A DNA stretch of 64,000 nt, taken from positions 1-64,000 of IMG/VR virus record IMGVR_UViG_2675903202_000003; one strand, 5' to 3'. The position numbers and the translations under genes were made by a program. This DNA comes from an uncultured virus (IMG/VR IMGVR_UViG_2675903202_000003) (lineage: Duplodnaviria > Heunggongvirae > Uroviricota > Caudoviricetes). Positions 38,227-48,689 of this stretch are shown in pieces (the first letter of the stretch is position 1; the number at the start of each line of letters is the position of its first letter). The notes below the pieces were generated by a model, which did no database searches, was not told the DNA's origin, and saw nothing but the letters and a program-made list of their open reading frames with translations.

Positions 38227-41200
38227 CTACCTCCGTCTACCGGTGCGGTCCCGCTGAGCCTGCGCGACTTGCATCGCTGTGAACGCCGTCCGGATCTGCG
38301 ACTCGTACGCGGACTTGGTCATGCCGTCCAGGTGCGCGTGGTAATGCGTGCCGCCATCGCCGCCGGCGGCGGCATCGGACATCCGCGCCCACTGTGCGTC
38401 GGTGAGGACCGGCTCGGGCGAGCCGGTGCCGTTGTAGACCATCGACACGCCGGTCGGGAGCCACCCGCCGGAATCGAACGTCTGCATCCCCGTGAGCCCC
38501 CGGAGGATTTGCGTCCCGGGGTGGGTGGTGGACGGCCGGTTCTCCTGCCGGTCCTGGTTCAGCAGCCCGCGGATGTCGACGATGCCGCCGGTCGCGAACG
38601 CCGGTCGGCGGATCGAGCTCGCGGAGCTGATGTACCCGGACTGGCGGCGGACGGAGTTGGACTCATTACCGCCGACGGTGACGAGGCCCTTGCCGGTGTA
38701 GATGTTGATGTGGCCGCTGTCGCCCCGATAGAGCGCGAGGTCGCCGGGCTTCTTAGCCGACGGAGACACCTTCGGCAGGGTCGTGTACGACGACACCAGC
38801 GGCGGCCACGACACCTTGCTGAGCGCCTTCTTCGCGCCGGCTTCCTTGAACACCTCACCGACGAACATGCCGCACCAGGGCAACCCATTGAGTCCCCACG
38901 CCTGCGTGAACCGGTTCGGGTTACCGCTCAGTCCGACGTACTTTTCGGCGGTGGAGACGACCTTCTTCCCGTCGCCGCCGATCTTCGCTTCGAGCGGCCC
39001 GAAGAACGCCATGATCTTGCTGATGAGCGCTCGCGGGATCGCCGCGGCGAGCCGGCCGAAGGCGGTGTCGCCCAGCGTCCGGTCCGCGAGTTCGAGCAGC
39101 GGCTTGAACACTCGGGACGCGGACTTCTTCAGCCCGTCGGCGAAGAACCCCTTCGCGGCGGACTTGAACTTGTCGACCACGCCGCCGAGGAAGAAGTTCC
39201 CGCCGAACATGCCGGACATGAACTTCGACACCCCACCGACGCCGCCCGTGCGGGCCGCAGTGTTGGCGGCGTCAACGAACCCGGGGCCGACCGCGCGGGT
39301 CCACTCGGGCCGCATGATGGCCTCACCACCGGACACGCCGATGAAGCCGATGTCGCGGCCGGGCGTGTAGCCGGGGTAGACGCCACCTTCGGCAAACCCA
39401 CGAATCGGCTCGAGCTTCTTCACGCCCGGCACCAGGTTCGCAACCGCGTTCCAGACGCCCACGATGCCCTTGTTGAACACCGTGTTCACCACGAAGGACA
39501 CCGGCTTCTTGGCGACGGACTTCAGCTTGTCCCACGCCTTGCCGATCGCGTCGACGGCGACACGGAACGCGCCGCCGAGCTTCCCAACGGCGGAACGGAT
39601 CGCGTCGAACGCCTTCTTGATGACGTTTTCCCAGACCCACTTGATCGCGGATCCGACCGCGTTCCACACCGGCCGGATGATCGTGTTGTAGATCCATTTG
39701 AAGACCGGCCCGAGGGTGTCGCGCAGGAATCCCCAGATCGCCTTCAGGACGGGCTTGATGACGTTGTTCCAGGTGGCCTTCAGGAACCCGCCGATCGCGG
39801 AGAACACCGGCCGGATGACCGACCGCCACAGCCACTGCGCGACCGTCGCCCAGACTTTGAACTGGACCATGATCGGGCCGATCACGGCCACGACGATGAT
39901 CGAGTACAGCCACTTCGCCAGGTTCGCGATGAACCGGAACGCGGGCTTGATCGCGTTGTTCCACAGCCACATTGCGACGGTGCCGAGCCCTCGGATGACC
40001 CAGCCGATGCCCTGGATGATCGGGGTGAGGATGCCCGCGACCCACTGCACCACGTTCACCATCAGCCGTAGCACCGGCAGCAGCAGCGACGCGATCGTCT
40101 GCCAGTACCGCACCACAATGCTGATCGCGAGGCGCAGCACCGGCACCAACGCCGTGATCAGCACCGCGGCGAGCTGCACCAGCGTCGGAACCAGCGGCAG
40201 GATCGTGGTGAGCAACTCGGCAAAGATCGGTAGGAGCGGGATCAGTGCGGGCAGCAGACCGGCGACGGCAATGAGGGCCTGCTGCAGTGCCGGGAGGCTC
40301 TGCCGGAGCGCCTCAATGAACGCTCCGGCGATCTCCGCCGCCACCGCCGCGATCGCGTTGACGATCGGCGTCAGGATCGGCATGAGTCCCTGGATCAGCT
40401 CGGCTATGAACTGGCCGAGGACCGGAAGGAGCGGCGCGAGGGCGAGGAGGATCCGGCCGACCGCCTGAACCAGCAGCCCCACGACCGGCACCAGCGCCGC
40501 GATCGCCGGCTGTAGCCCGGACAGTAGCGCCGAAATCACGGGGGCCAGCGCGGTGATCACCGAGCTGAGGACCGGCACCAGGGAGATCAGGATCGGCTGC
40601 AGCCCCTGGATGAGCTGCACCAGCAGCGGCGCGAGCGCGTTGACGAGCTGCACCACGACGGGAGCGAGCGCGGACAGCACCGCCGACAGCGCCGGCCCCA
40701 GCGCGGCGAACACCGACTGGATCGCGGGCGCCACCGCCCGCAGCACGCCAGCCAGCGTCGACGCGAGAGTCCGCACGAACTGCAGCACCGGCTGCATCGC
40801 GGGCGCGAGCGCAGCGAACAGCGACCCGACCAGCGACCCGACCGCCGACAACGTGTCGGCGATCAGCGGCACCGCAGCGATGAACTGGTTGACGAACTGC
40901 TGGAACGCCGGGTTGCTGACGAGCCCGGTCGCGAACGCCGCGAACCGTTCGGCGACCACGTTGAGGACCTGCAAGAACGCCATGCCAATCGGCATGAACC
41001 CCTGCGCGATCCCGGCGAACGCCGTCAGGACGCTGCCGACCAGCGTGCCCAACTGCAGGATCGCGGGCCCGGCTGCCTGCCCCATGAACTGGGCGAACTG
41101 CTGCCAGAACGGCGACTGCGCCGCCGCCGAAGCACGGTCCAACAGTTGACCGACGGCCCCTGCCGCCCCCCGAACCAGCGGCGTGAACGACGGCAGCAGG

Positions 41201-42660
41201 TCCCGCAGCAGCGTGATGCCCTTGATGAGGACGGGGATCACGTCGGGCTGCAGACTGTTGGCCCATTCGCGGCCTGCGGCAGTCAGGCCCTGCCACGCCG
41301 CCATGAGGTCCCGCTCGAGCGGCGTCAGTTGCGATACCGCGAACGCGAGGTTGTTCACCGCGGCGACCGACCCGGTCGTCGCCTGAGTCAGCGAGCGGCG
41401 CGCTGATGCGATCTGGTCGGCGGACTGTTGGTCGACCCGGGCGACGTTCGCGCGTGCAGACGCCAGTGCCCGCTCGGACTCGGCGATGCGCTGGTTCGCG
41501 GCGGCGAGACGGTCACGTGCGGACCGGACCTGGTCCGATCCCTCCACACCGGCCTGCCGGGCGGCCTTCTCGTCCTGCACGAGCCGCTGCAGAAGGGTCC
41601 GCTGCTCGTTGAGGCGATGCCGGGCCTGGTCGGCGACGAGCCGCTGCCGCGCGATCTGCTCGTCGGTCGCGGACGGGTCCGCGCGCAGTCGCGCAAGTTC
41701 GGATTCAGCGTCCTGCAGATCGAACACCGCTTGGCGCTCGTCGAGCCGAGCTCCGGTGACCTGGTTGGCCATGTCCTGCAAGCCGCGGCGGGCGTCGACC
41801 CGCGCCTGATTCAGCTCCTCCTGCGCCTGCCGCGCAGACCGCTGTGCCTGCGCAAGCTGCGTTTCGGCCTGCCGAACCTGGTCGAGCGCCTGCTGGTGCG
41901 CATAGGCAGCGTTACGGGTCGCCGCAGCAAGCTGCTGCCGTGCACCTGCCGCAGCCATCGCCTGAGACTGCGCCTGCTGCGAAATCTGTGCGCCCTGCTT
42001 CTCCGCGGCCTGCTGTGCCTGCAGCGCCTCCCGGATCCGCAGCACCGAGGGGATCGCCACACCCGCGAGACCGGCAAACCCGGCGCCCGCCGCTGTGAGG
42101 GGACCGACGAGCCCGACCAGCCCGGCGCCGATCCCCGCGATCGCCGGGAGCGACACGACCCCGAGCCCGATCAGCGAGGCCCGCAGCGCAGCGATGCCTG
42201 CCATAGCGCCGCCGGTGTTGACGTCGATGTCGATCAACTTGCGGTTGTCGACCGACCGGACGGCGGCGTTCGCGGCGGCGATCTGCGCCATCGCCTGCGC
42301 GACCTGGACGTTGAAGTTGATGTCGACGCGGCGGCCGTCCAGCCGCGACACGAGCTGCTGCAGCAGCCGAAGTTCGGCGACCGCGCCACCCATTTCAACG
42401 TGGACGTTGACGTTGGCGTTGCGGCCGTCGAGTTCCTCCAGGAGCTTCTTGAGCCGCTCCAGGCGGGCCACGGACTGGCCCATGTTCACGCGGACGGTGA
42501 CCGGCTTGACCTCCTTCTCGATGCCGGTCTGGATCCGCTTGCCGACCTCGCGGCCGATTTTGGTGGCCTCCGGGAGCATCTCCCGCCGCATCCGCGACGC
42601 AAAGTCCTTGACGGAAGGAACGACTTCGACGGAGACGGATCCGACGGAGATGGAGGCCAC
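38227..42660 (-). CDS. tape measure protein with C-terminal CHAP peptidase domain
   Basis: 1477 aa Ala/Leu/Trp repeats; PWCGMFV...PGDLA...GHIN...GGN. Confidence 0.95.
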   Translation of the reverse strand: MASISVGSVSVEVVPSVKDFASRMRREMLPEATKIGREVGKRIQTGIEKEVKPVTVRVNMGQSVARLERLKKLLEELDGRNANVNVHVEMGGAVAELRLLQQLVSRLDGRRVDINFNVQVAQAMAQIAAANAAVRSVDNRKLIDIDVNTGGAMAGIAALRASLIGLGVVSLPAIAGIGAGLVGLVGPLTAAGAGFAGLAGVAIPSVLRIREALQAQQAAEKQGAQISQQAQSQAMAAAGARQQLAAATRNAAYAHQQALDQVRQAETQLAQAQRSARQAQEELNQARVDARRGLQDMANQVTGARLDERQAVFDLQDAESELARLRADPSATDEQIARQRLVADQARHRLNEQRTLLQRLVQDEKAARQAGVEGSDQVRSARDRLAAANQRIAESERALASARANVARVDQQSADQIASARRSLTQATTGSVAAVNNLAFAVSQLTPLERDLMAAWQGLTAAGREWANSLQPDVIPVLIKGITLLRDLLPSFTPLVRGAAGAVGQLLDRASAAAQSPFWQQFAQFMGQAAGPAILQLGTLVGSVLTAFAGIAQGFMPIGMAFLQVLNVVAERFAAFATGLVSNPAFQQFVNQFIAAVPLIADTLSAVGSLVGSLFAALAPAMQPVLQFVRTLASTLAGVLRAVAPAIQSVFAALGPALSAVLSALAPVVVQLVNALAPLLVQLIQGLQPILISLVPVLSSVITALAPVISALLSGLQPAIAALVPVVGLLVQAVGRILLALAPLLPVLGQFIAELIQGLMPILTPIVNAIAAVAAEIAGAFIEALRQSLPALQQALIAVAGLLPALIPLLPIFAELLTTILPLVPTLVQLAAVLITALVPVLRLAISIVVRYWQTIASLLLPVLRLMVNVVQWVAGILTPIIQGIGWVIRGLGTVAMWLWNNAIKPAFRFIANLAKWLYSIIVVAVIGPIMVQFKVWATVAQWLWRSVIRPVFSAIGGFLKATWNNVIKPVLKAIWGFLRDTLGPVFKWIYNTIIRPVWNAVGSAIKWVWENVIKKAFDAIRSAVGKLGGAFRVAVDAIGKAWDKLKSVAKKPVSFVVNTVFNKGIVGVWNAVANLVPGVKKLEPIRGFAEGGVYPGYTPGRDIGFIGVSGGEAIMRPEWTRAVGPGFVDAANTAARTGGVGGVSKFMSGMFGGNFFLGGVVDKFKSAAKGFFADGLKKSASRVFKPLLELADRTLGDTAFGRLAAAIPRALISKIMAFFGPLEAKIGGDGKKVVSTAEKYVGLSGNPNRFTQAWGLNGLPWCGMFVGEVFKEAGAKKALSKVSWPPLVSSYTTLPKVSPSAKKPGDLALYRGDSGHINIYTGKGLVTVGGNESNSVRRQSGYISSASSIRRPAFATGGIVDIRGLLNQDRQENRPSTTHPGTQILRGLTGMQTFDSGGWLPTGVSMVYNGTGSPEPVLTDAQWARMSDAAAGGDGGTHYHAHLDGMTKSAYESQIRTAFTAMQVAQAQRDRTGRRR

Positions 42661-42682
42661 CGCGCACCCCCATTCCGCTGGG

Positions 42683-43478
42683 TCAGTGGGCGGGCGGAAG
42701 CTGCGGTGGAGCGCCGCCGTTCATGTGCGCGATGAACCATTCGGCGACGTGCGGCGGCATGACCGGGCGGGTCCGCTTGCGGTTGATCCCCGGCCGCGGG
42801 GTCGGCTCGGGCTCCTTGGGCTTCTTGTCGCCCTTCCCGAGACGGGACACCGACGCTTCCCAGCGGGCGAAGCGGGTCTCGTCTAGCAGCATCGCCACCA
42901 GCATCTCGAGCTGGGACCACTGCCCTTCTGCAGGGTCGGCGTCGCCGTCCCCGACCCGGTCGGGGTGGTTGACGCGCAGCGTCGTCTTCGTGGCGGACTC
43001 GGGCGGCAGGAACTGGATGAAGTTGCGGAGCCGCCGCCACGTCAGCTGCGACCGACCCCCGCCCGGCCGCCACAGGTCCCGAAGGTCAGTCTGGTAGTAG
43101 CGCTGGAGGTCGGCCTCTACCGGCGCCGCTGCTTCTTCGAGGAGCGCGGTGAGGCCGAGGATTCCCCCGTGCTCACCCCGTAGTGCTTCTGCGCGCCCTG
43201 CACGATCTGGTTGAGCTTCCGGTTGGAGACCGTCTGCTCGCAGAACCGCTCGTAGTCCTCCGGGCCGAGGAGCTCACGGATGAACGCCCGCAGGCCACCC
43301 GGAGTGTCGGTGTCGGCGGTGGCCTGCCAGTCCGCGTCGTCCGGGCTGATGCAGGTGAACACCTCACCGTTGATGCGGAACGTGAACGTGGCGCCGGTCG
43401 CTCGTCCTCCATCGCGTCCAGGTCCAGGTGGACGACCGGTTCACCGTCCTCGGTGATGATCCGGGGTGCAGCAGTCAT
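42683..43478 (-). CDS. tail assembly chaperones G/GT with programmed -1 frameshift (plus probable sequencing indel near 43400)
   Basis: G ends at 43117; slippery G GGG GAA T at 43161-43168 opens GILGLTALL...VEADLQRYY...LPPESAT. Confidence 0.85.
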
Positions 43479-43505
43479 GAGTTCCCCTCGAAGGAAGTGG
43501 GTGGG

Positions 43506-44153
43506 TCACTGTGCGGTGCGCCGACCGGAGCCGGCGCACCGCGAGGTGCAGCGCGGGTCAGGACCCGCGCCCGGCAGCGACGCCGGGTCGATCTTGGAGG
43601 TGTGGTACAGCAGGTTCCCCGCCGCGTCCGGGTACACCGACACCGTCACCTCGTAGCCGGTGACCTCGTCGCCCTTGTAGACCACGTCGCCGCGCTCGGA
43701 GATCTCCGCCTCCGGCGCGAACATCCGCAGCATGCTCACCCCGTCGTACACGTCCCACACCCACGCACGCCGGTCCGGCGCCGGCGTTGCCGACTCCGCG
43801 AAGCTGGCGAGTCCCTCGGCGTCGGGGGTGACGTCGGCGACCGCGAGACGGTACATCAGCGACTTCACCAGCGGACGCTGCGACTCCCACAGCGTCATCT
43901 GGAACGTCCGCACGCTGCCGGTCACGACCTTGCGGAACGGGGACGTCTGCCCCCACGCCTTGAACTCCTCGGAGTCCTCGTCGATCGCGTACGTCAGGCC
44001 GTCCTCGGAGATCATCCCCACCGCCAGCCACGGCGACGTGAGGCTGTCGAACCCGGTCGGCGCCGTCGGCGTCGCGGTACCCAGATCGACGGTCCACGCA
44101 CCGCCGTTGATACCGATCATCGCCAAGTCGTCGGACCGCTCAATCGTGGGCAT
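43506..44153 (-). CDS. major tail protein
   Basis: GMISEDG...KAWGQ...FQMTLWE...YEVTVSVYPD. Confidence 0.9.
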   Translation of the reverse strand: MPTIERSDDLAMIGINGGAWTVDLGTATPTAPTGFDSLTSPWLAVGMISEDGLTYAIDEDSEEFKAWGQTSPFRKVVTGSVRTFQMTLWESQRPLVKSLMYRLAVADVTPDAEGLASFAESATPAPDRRAWVWDVYDGVSMLRMFAPEAEISERGDVVYKGDEVTGYEVTVSVYPDAAGNLLYHTSKIDPASLPGAGPDPRCTSRCAGSGRRTAQ

Positions 44154-44212
44154 CGGGCCCCTCCCATGCGAAAGGCCCCGCACGCGGCGGGGCCCAGGGT
44201 TTACGAATTAGG

Positions 44213-44589
44213 TCAGATGTGCGCGGCCAGCCGGTAGGTGGCCAGGTAGCGGCACAGATTCGGGTTGGGGTCGGGCAGCTCGTACGGGGCGACATCAACG
44301 CTCACGAACGTCACGACGCCTGCGGGCGGCGCGGCCCGACCAGCGTGGTCGTGGTGAGGCGTGCGACGTCCCGGGCGACCTGCGAACACAGGGCACGCTG
44401 CCCCTTGAGGGTCCACACCGACACGTCCACCACGGGACGGTCCAGCCGGTACCCGGCACCACTGGGCACCCGGCCCACCTGGATCACCGGGACGATCTCC
44501 TCAACGTTCGCGGGCAAATCCGTGGACGCCCGATGCCCCGTCTCGGCCTGGTAGAAGGCCACGAGCAGCTGCTCAATGTCGGGATACAC
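44213..44589 (-). CDS. tail terminator (frameshift near 44330)
   Basis: YPDIEQLLV...DRPVVDVSVW + PDPNPNLCRYLATY. Confidence 0.75.
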
Positions 44590-44591
44590 CG

Positions 44592-44912
44592 TCAGTCCCC
44601 AGCGGCCCGCAGCGCGTCCCGCAAGGTGCTCCGCGCCGGCGTCCGGGAGGTGCCGTACTCGACGTACACCGCGTGATTCGAGGTGTTGGTGACCCGCCCG
44701 TAGGCGCGGTTCTTCCGGACGCCACCGCGGGGCCCCGACGTCACCTGGAACGACCCCTTGTAGTCCCCTGAGTCCACCGGCGCTGTGGCTTCCGCGGTCG
44801 CCGCGACCTTCTCGGCGCGGCGCCGCATCTCCGCCTGCATCTCCGGGGAACGGATCATCTGCCCGATGCCCTTATAGGAGGCCCGGAACCTGGTCCCGCG
44901 GGACCTAGCCAT
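44592..44912 (-). CDS. HK97 gp10-like neck protein
   Basis: APVDSGDYKGS...AVYVEYGT. Confidence 0.85.
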   Translation of the reverse strand: MARSRGTRFRASYKGIGQMIRSPEMQAEMRRRAEKVAATAEATAPVDSGDYKGSFQVTSGPRGGVRKNRAYGRVTNTSNHAVYVEYGTSRTPARSTLRDALRAAGD

Positions 44913-45117
44913 CGTCGCCTCCCGCCTGCACCGCGACCCCGGCGATCCCGCCGATCACCACGAACGACACCGTCGGGAACGAGCGGCGCAACTGCGCCGT
45001 GAACGCCTGAACGTCCTCGGTCGGAATGTCCTCGGTGAGCGCGACCAGGACACGGTCACCGGGCCGCAGCACCACCATCGGTGGCACGCCGCCGCCCGCC
45101 AGTTCGGGCATGGGCAT
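44905..45117 (-). CDS. small hypothetical protein in neck module
   Basis: GGAGGGAG RBS; VLRPGDRVLV. Confidence 0.6.
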   Translation of the reverse strand: MPMPELAGGGVPPMVVLRPGDRVLVALTEDIPTEDVQAFTAQLRRSFPTVSFVVIGGIAGVAVQAGGDDG

Positions 45118-45136
45118 CGGGCGTCTCCCTCCACGG

Positions 45137-45478
45137 TCAGCCGGTGACGCGGGCCAGTTCGATCTGCACGCCGCCGCGGAACCCGGTCAGCGGCGAACGC
45201 CACTCCCCCGGATCCCCGTCGACGTCGTACAGCAGCCCCCGAACCCGCACCCGGTCATGGGGGCGGACATCAGTCCCGTACGGCGCGAGAACGTTGAGTC
45301 CCTCCAACACCTGCAAGCGGGCCTGGACGTCCTCCGACGACGTGCGGGGCCACACCGCGCACCCCGCCACCTCGGTCTCGACCGGCGGTCCGGGCACGTC
45401 ATTGCCGTACTCGTCCTGCGTCGGCGGCCCCGGACGGACGATCGTGATCGTCTCCCCCATCGGGTACGGCGGCGGCAT
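45137..45478 (-). CDS. head-to-tail stopper / head closure protein
   Basis: DEYGND, DRVRVRG..YDVDGDP..W.SP. Confidence 0.85.
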   Translation of the reverse strand: MPPPYPMGETITIVRPGPPTQDEYGNDVPGPPVETEVAGCAVWPRTSSEDVQARLQVLEGLNVLAPYGTDVRPHDRVRVRGLLYDVDGDPGEWRSPLTGFRGGVQIELARVTG

Positions 45479-45481
45479 CCG

Positions 45482-45898
45482 TCACCACCCCTTGTCGAGG
45501 TCGACCCACACACCGCGCGGGTCGTCACCGTCCAGATCCCAGTCCCGCGGCCACGACGCGGACGGGTCCGCGTCCGCCGGGGTCGGATCCACGGTGAACG
45601 CCCCGCCCCGCCCCGCGAGACGCTGCAGAGTGCGGCGCTCGTCCCGTGTCATGTACAGGCCCGCCTGCGGGCGCTGCACACTCACCGGCCCGACCGTCTC
45701 GTACGCGACCCCCTGCGGGTTCGCGTACGCGCGGCCCGCCACCGCCAGCACCACTGCGGACGCGGCGTCTGGCAGCGGCGTGACGATCGACTCGGCCAGC
45801 AGTGTCGCCTGCGCCAGCATCAGCTCGGCGCGGTCCTGATCGATGTCCGGCAGACCGAGGTAGACGCGTAGTTCGTCGGCGTCGACGGCGACCGCCAC
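45482..45898 (-). CDS. head-to-tail adaptor
   Basis: RAYANPQG..ETVGP...GLYMT.DE..L. Confidence 0.85.
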   Translation of the reverse strand: MAVAVDADELRVYLGLPDIDQDRAELMLAQATLLAESIVTPLPDAASAVVLAVAGRAYANPQGVAYETVGPVSVQRPQAGLYMTRDERRTLQRLAGRGGAFTVDPTPADADPSASWPRDWDLDGDDPRGVWVDLDKGW

Positions 45899-45902
45899 GA
45901 TG

Positions 45903-47057
45903 TCACCCCTTCGGTGTGAGCTCCTCGATCGCAGAGCACCACGCGGCGAGATCCGCAGCCGGGTCCAGCGCCTTGGACCGCGCCAGCGCCCGCTCCGACG
46001 CCTCCGCCCACTGCGCCGGGTCGGTCAGCGCGGTCAGCGCCTCCACCCACGCCTGCTCGTCGTCCCGCTCGGCGAAGACACCCGCCTCGCCCAGACACTC
46101 CGACAGGCCCGGGGTCGGTGCCGCCACCACCGGGATCCCCGACGCCATCGCCTCGACCGCGACACGGCCCCACGACTCGTGCGCCGACGGCATCAGCAGC
46201 ACCCGCGTGCGGGCGTACACCTGCTCCCGCATCTGGTCGCCGGGCATGTGCTCGACCACGTCCACGTTCGGCAGTCTCCGCGGGGCGTCGACCTGCTGCC
46301 CGTAGGCGCCCTTCACCCCGAGGAACTTCAGATCGGGGAGACGCTCAGCGAGCCGCCAGAACAGGTCCCCGCCCTTGTCGGCGTTCAGGTTCACCAGCGT
46401 GACGCGGTCACCCGGGGTGGCGGCGTAGTCCTCCGCGAACACCGGCGGCCGAACCACGATCGACGTCGTGGGGCGGAGACTGGTGGTGTACTCGCAGAAG
46501 AACGCCTCCGCGTCGGCCTGCATGTGCAAGCTGTTGTACACCGCCAGCGCAGTCGACCCGCGCCCGACGTTCTTGAAGATCGCCGGGGCCGTGTTGTGGC
46601 AGATCACCACGAACGGGCGGCCCATCCCCCGGGCGAGCGCACCCGCCGACGGCACGTTCTCGTGATGCGACACCAGCACGTCCGCGCGCCACGCCGCCGA
46701 CCCGAAGTCGAGCCGCGCCGCGTACGGGACCACCCGCACACCGTCGATGTCGTACGGCTCCCGGTCCGGGGAGTACCGCGACAGCCACACCTCGACGTCG
46801 TGGCCGCGCGCCACCAGGGCACGCAGCAGCGAGTGCGCCATCCACTCCGACCCGGCGTTGTGTCGCGGCGGGTAGTACCCGAACCTCGCGATGATCCGCA
46901 TCGGTACCGCAGCCCGCCCGAGGCCCTCGAACACAGAAACCGCCGGCGCAGGCGCGGCGGCCTGCTCGACGGCCGGCTTCTTCGCAGGGGTTCTCGGGCG
47001 GGACTTGCGCTGCGGCGCCTTGCGGGTCCTCGACGGTGCCTTCGCAGGCTCGGTCAC
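45903..47057 (-). CDS. GT4 (GT-B) glycosyltransferase inside the head operon
   Basis: YPPRHNAGSE, NLNADKGG, LMPSAHESWGRVAVEAMASGIPVV; GTG overlaps the capsid stop. Confidence 0.9.
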   Translation of the reverse strand: MTEPAKAPSRTRKAPQRKSRPRTPAKKPAVEQAAAPAPAVSVFEGLGRAAVPMRIIARFGYYPPRHNAGSEWMAHSLLRALVARGHDVEVWLSRYSPDREPYDIDGVRVVPYAARLDFGSAAWRADVLVSHHENVPSAGALARGMGRPFVVICHNTAPAIFKNVGRGSTALAVYNSLHMQADAEAFFCEYTTSLRPTTSIVVRPPVFAEDYAATPGDRVTLVNLNADKGGDLFWRLAERLPDLKFLGVKGAYGQQVDAPRRLPNVDVVEHMPGDQMREQVYARTRVLLMPSAHESWGRVAVEAMASGIPVVAAPTPGLSECLGEAGVFAERDDEQAWVEALTALTDPAQWAEASERALARSKALDPAADLAAWCSAIEELTPKG

Positions 47058-48010
47058 GAACCGATGCCCGCGGCGGTGTAGGTCACGAACGCCTCCGCGT
47101 CGCCCATGACGAAGCCGTAGAACGCCTCCGCCAGCAGCAGCACCAGGTTCTCCTGGAACGCCGAGTGGACGCCGCCCTCCTCGTCGACGTACGTCGCCTC
47201 CGCCGAGATGCGGACGGTGATGTCCATCCCGACGCCGTACGCGGCCTGCGACCAGTCGCCGCCGACCGCGCGCAGCCCCGTGTCGGTGCTGGTGGACTGG
47301 CGGCGCTGCTTGCCCGACACTCCCCGCGAGTACGCCAGCGGCTCACCGATGAGGGTGCCCGCCGCGGCCATGTTCGTGCCGGGCGTGGTCGTGTCGACCA
47401 GGATCGGGCGGCCGGTCGTGTCCGTCGCCAGCAGCAGCTTCGGCTTCAGACGGGGGTCGGCGACGGTGCCGGTGAAGTCCCAGTCGCCGTCGACGACCAG
47501 GTCCATCCCGTTCACCAGGTCGGCCCACAGGCCGCCCTGCGCCTGCGTGGCGGTGCCGAGCTCGACCGTGTTCGTGGTCGCGGCGAGGTACTCGGTGAAC
47601 GGACCCGCCGCGCCCTTCATCGTCTTGCCGTGGATCGCGGCGTGGTCGAACGCCCGCGCGAACGCCGTCGGCAGGTCACGCTGCAGCTGCGTCCACAGGC
47701 CCGCGGCGTTGGTCCGCACGACCTCTTCCGCCACCGGGATCAGCACGGCGATCTTCTTCGGCGTCATCTGCTTGACGTCGATGCCGCCGGACGACAGCGG
47801 CTTGCGGGCGCCCTGCCCCACCCAGTCCGCGGTCGGCACGTCCAGCGGGATCGGGATGGAGGTGTTCGCGTCGATCGAGAGCGGAGCTTCCATCGCCAGC
47901 GACATGACCGCCGACTGCTCCACCGACTTCTCGAAGATCGGGCCCGCGAGGTTCCGCGGGAGAAGGTTGCTGTCGATGTCCGACAGCAGGATCGGGTCGG
48001 TGGTGGCCAC
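47054..48010 (-). CDS. major capsid protein (HK97 fold)
   Basis: ADWVGQGARKP, PKKIAVLIPVAEE, AFARAFDHAAIHG, GDWSQ, FQENLV. Confidence 0.93.
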   Translation of the reverse strand: MATTDPILLSDIDSNLLPRNLAGPIFEKSVEQSAVMSLAMEAPLSIDANTSIPIPLDVPTADWVGQGARKPLSSGGIDVKQMTPKKIAVLIPVAEEVVRTNAAGLWTQLQRDLPTAFARAFDHAAIHGKTMKGAAGPFTEYLAATTNTVELGTATQAQGGLWADLVNGMDLVVDGDWDFTGTVADPRLKPKLLLATDTTGRPILVDTTTPGTNMAAAGTLIGEPLAYSRGVSGKQRRQSTSTDTGLRAVGGDWSQAAYGVGMDITVRISAEATYVDEEGGVHSAFQENLVLLLAEAFYGFVMGDAEAFVTYTAAGIGS

Positions 48011-48024
48011 CGGTCACCCCTTTC

Positions 48025-48684
48025 TCAGCGGCCCTTGCTCTTCAGCAGCCGCGAATTGACGAAACCCGCGAACTCGTCCGCGGGGTCCTTGACTCTGGGT
48101 TGGTTGGCGCCCGACGCCTGCGTCCGGTCCGGCGCCGGTCGGCGCCGCTGCTCCGGTTCGGTGGGCTTGGGCTTGCCGAGGTGCGGCTTCCGCTCCAACA
48201 GGTCGGCGAGGTCGACCTTGATCGCGTCGGTGTCGATGTCGCCGTCGTCGGTCGCGTAGGACGTCAGGTCCAGGAGCGCCTCGGGGTCGGTCGGGTCCGC
48301 GAACGTGGCAGCCGCCAGGGCTCGCACCTCGCTCTTGACCGCCCGCGCTCGCAGCGCCCCGATCTGCTGTTCCTTCTCGCCCAACTGAGACTGGAGACGC
48401 TCGGCCTCCGTCTGCTGCGCGGCCTTGGCCTGGCGAGCCTCCTCGGCGAGCGGCTCGAGTTCCTTCAGCCGCTTCCGAAGATTCGCCGCCTCCTGATTGG
48501 CCTTGCGGATCTTCGCCTGCGCACGTGCCTCGTCGAACGGTTCACCGGTCGCCTTGCTGCCCTCCTGGGGCTGCTGCTCGCCGGTCTCGTCACCGTCTCC
48601 GGCGGGCTCGGTTTCCTGCCGCTCCACCACCTCGTCGGTGACGTCGGTGGTCTCGGTGTGCTGCTCGGCAGCCTCTTCGGGCAT
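48025..48684 (-). CDS. capsid scaffolding protein
   Basis: Acidic N-terminus, coiled coil, LLERKPHL. Confidence 0.85.
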   Translation of the reverse strand: MPEEAAEQHTETTDVTDEVVERQETEPAGDGDETGEQQPQEGSKATGEPFDEARAQAKIRKANQEAANLRKRLKELEPLAEEARQAKAAQQTEAERLQSQLGEKEQQIGALRARAVKSEVRALAAATFADPTDPEALLDLTSYATDDGDIDTDAIKVDLADLLERKPHLGKPKPTEPEQRRRPAPDRTQASGANQPRVKDPADEFAGFVNSRLLKSKGR

Positions 48685-48689
48685 AGGGG

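Noticed and set aside
28434-48259. Long + strand ORFs opposite the late genes (e.g. 28434-30227, 38197-40071, 41428-42735)
   Set aside because: Antisense shadow ORFs typical of high-GC DNA; Arg/Pro-rich with no motifs
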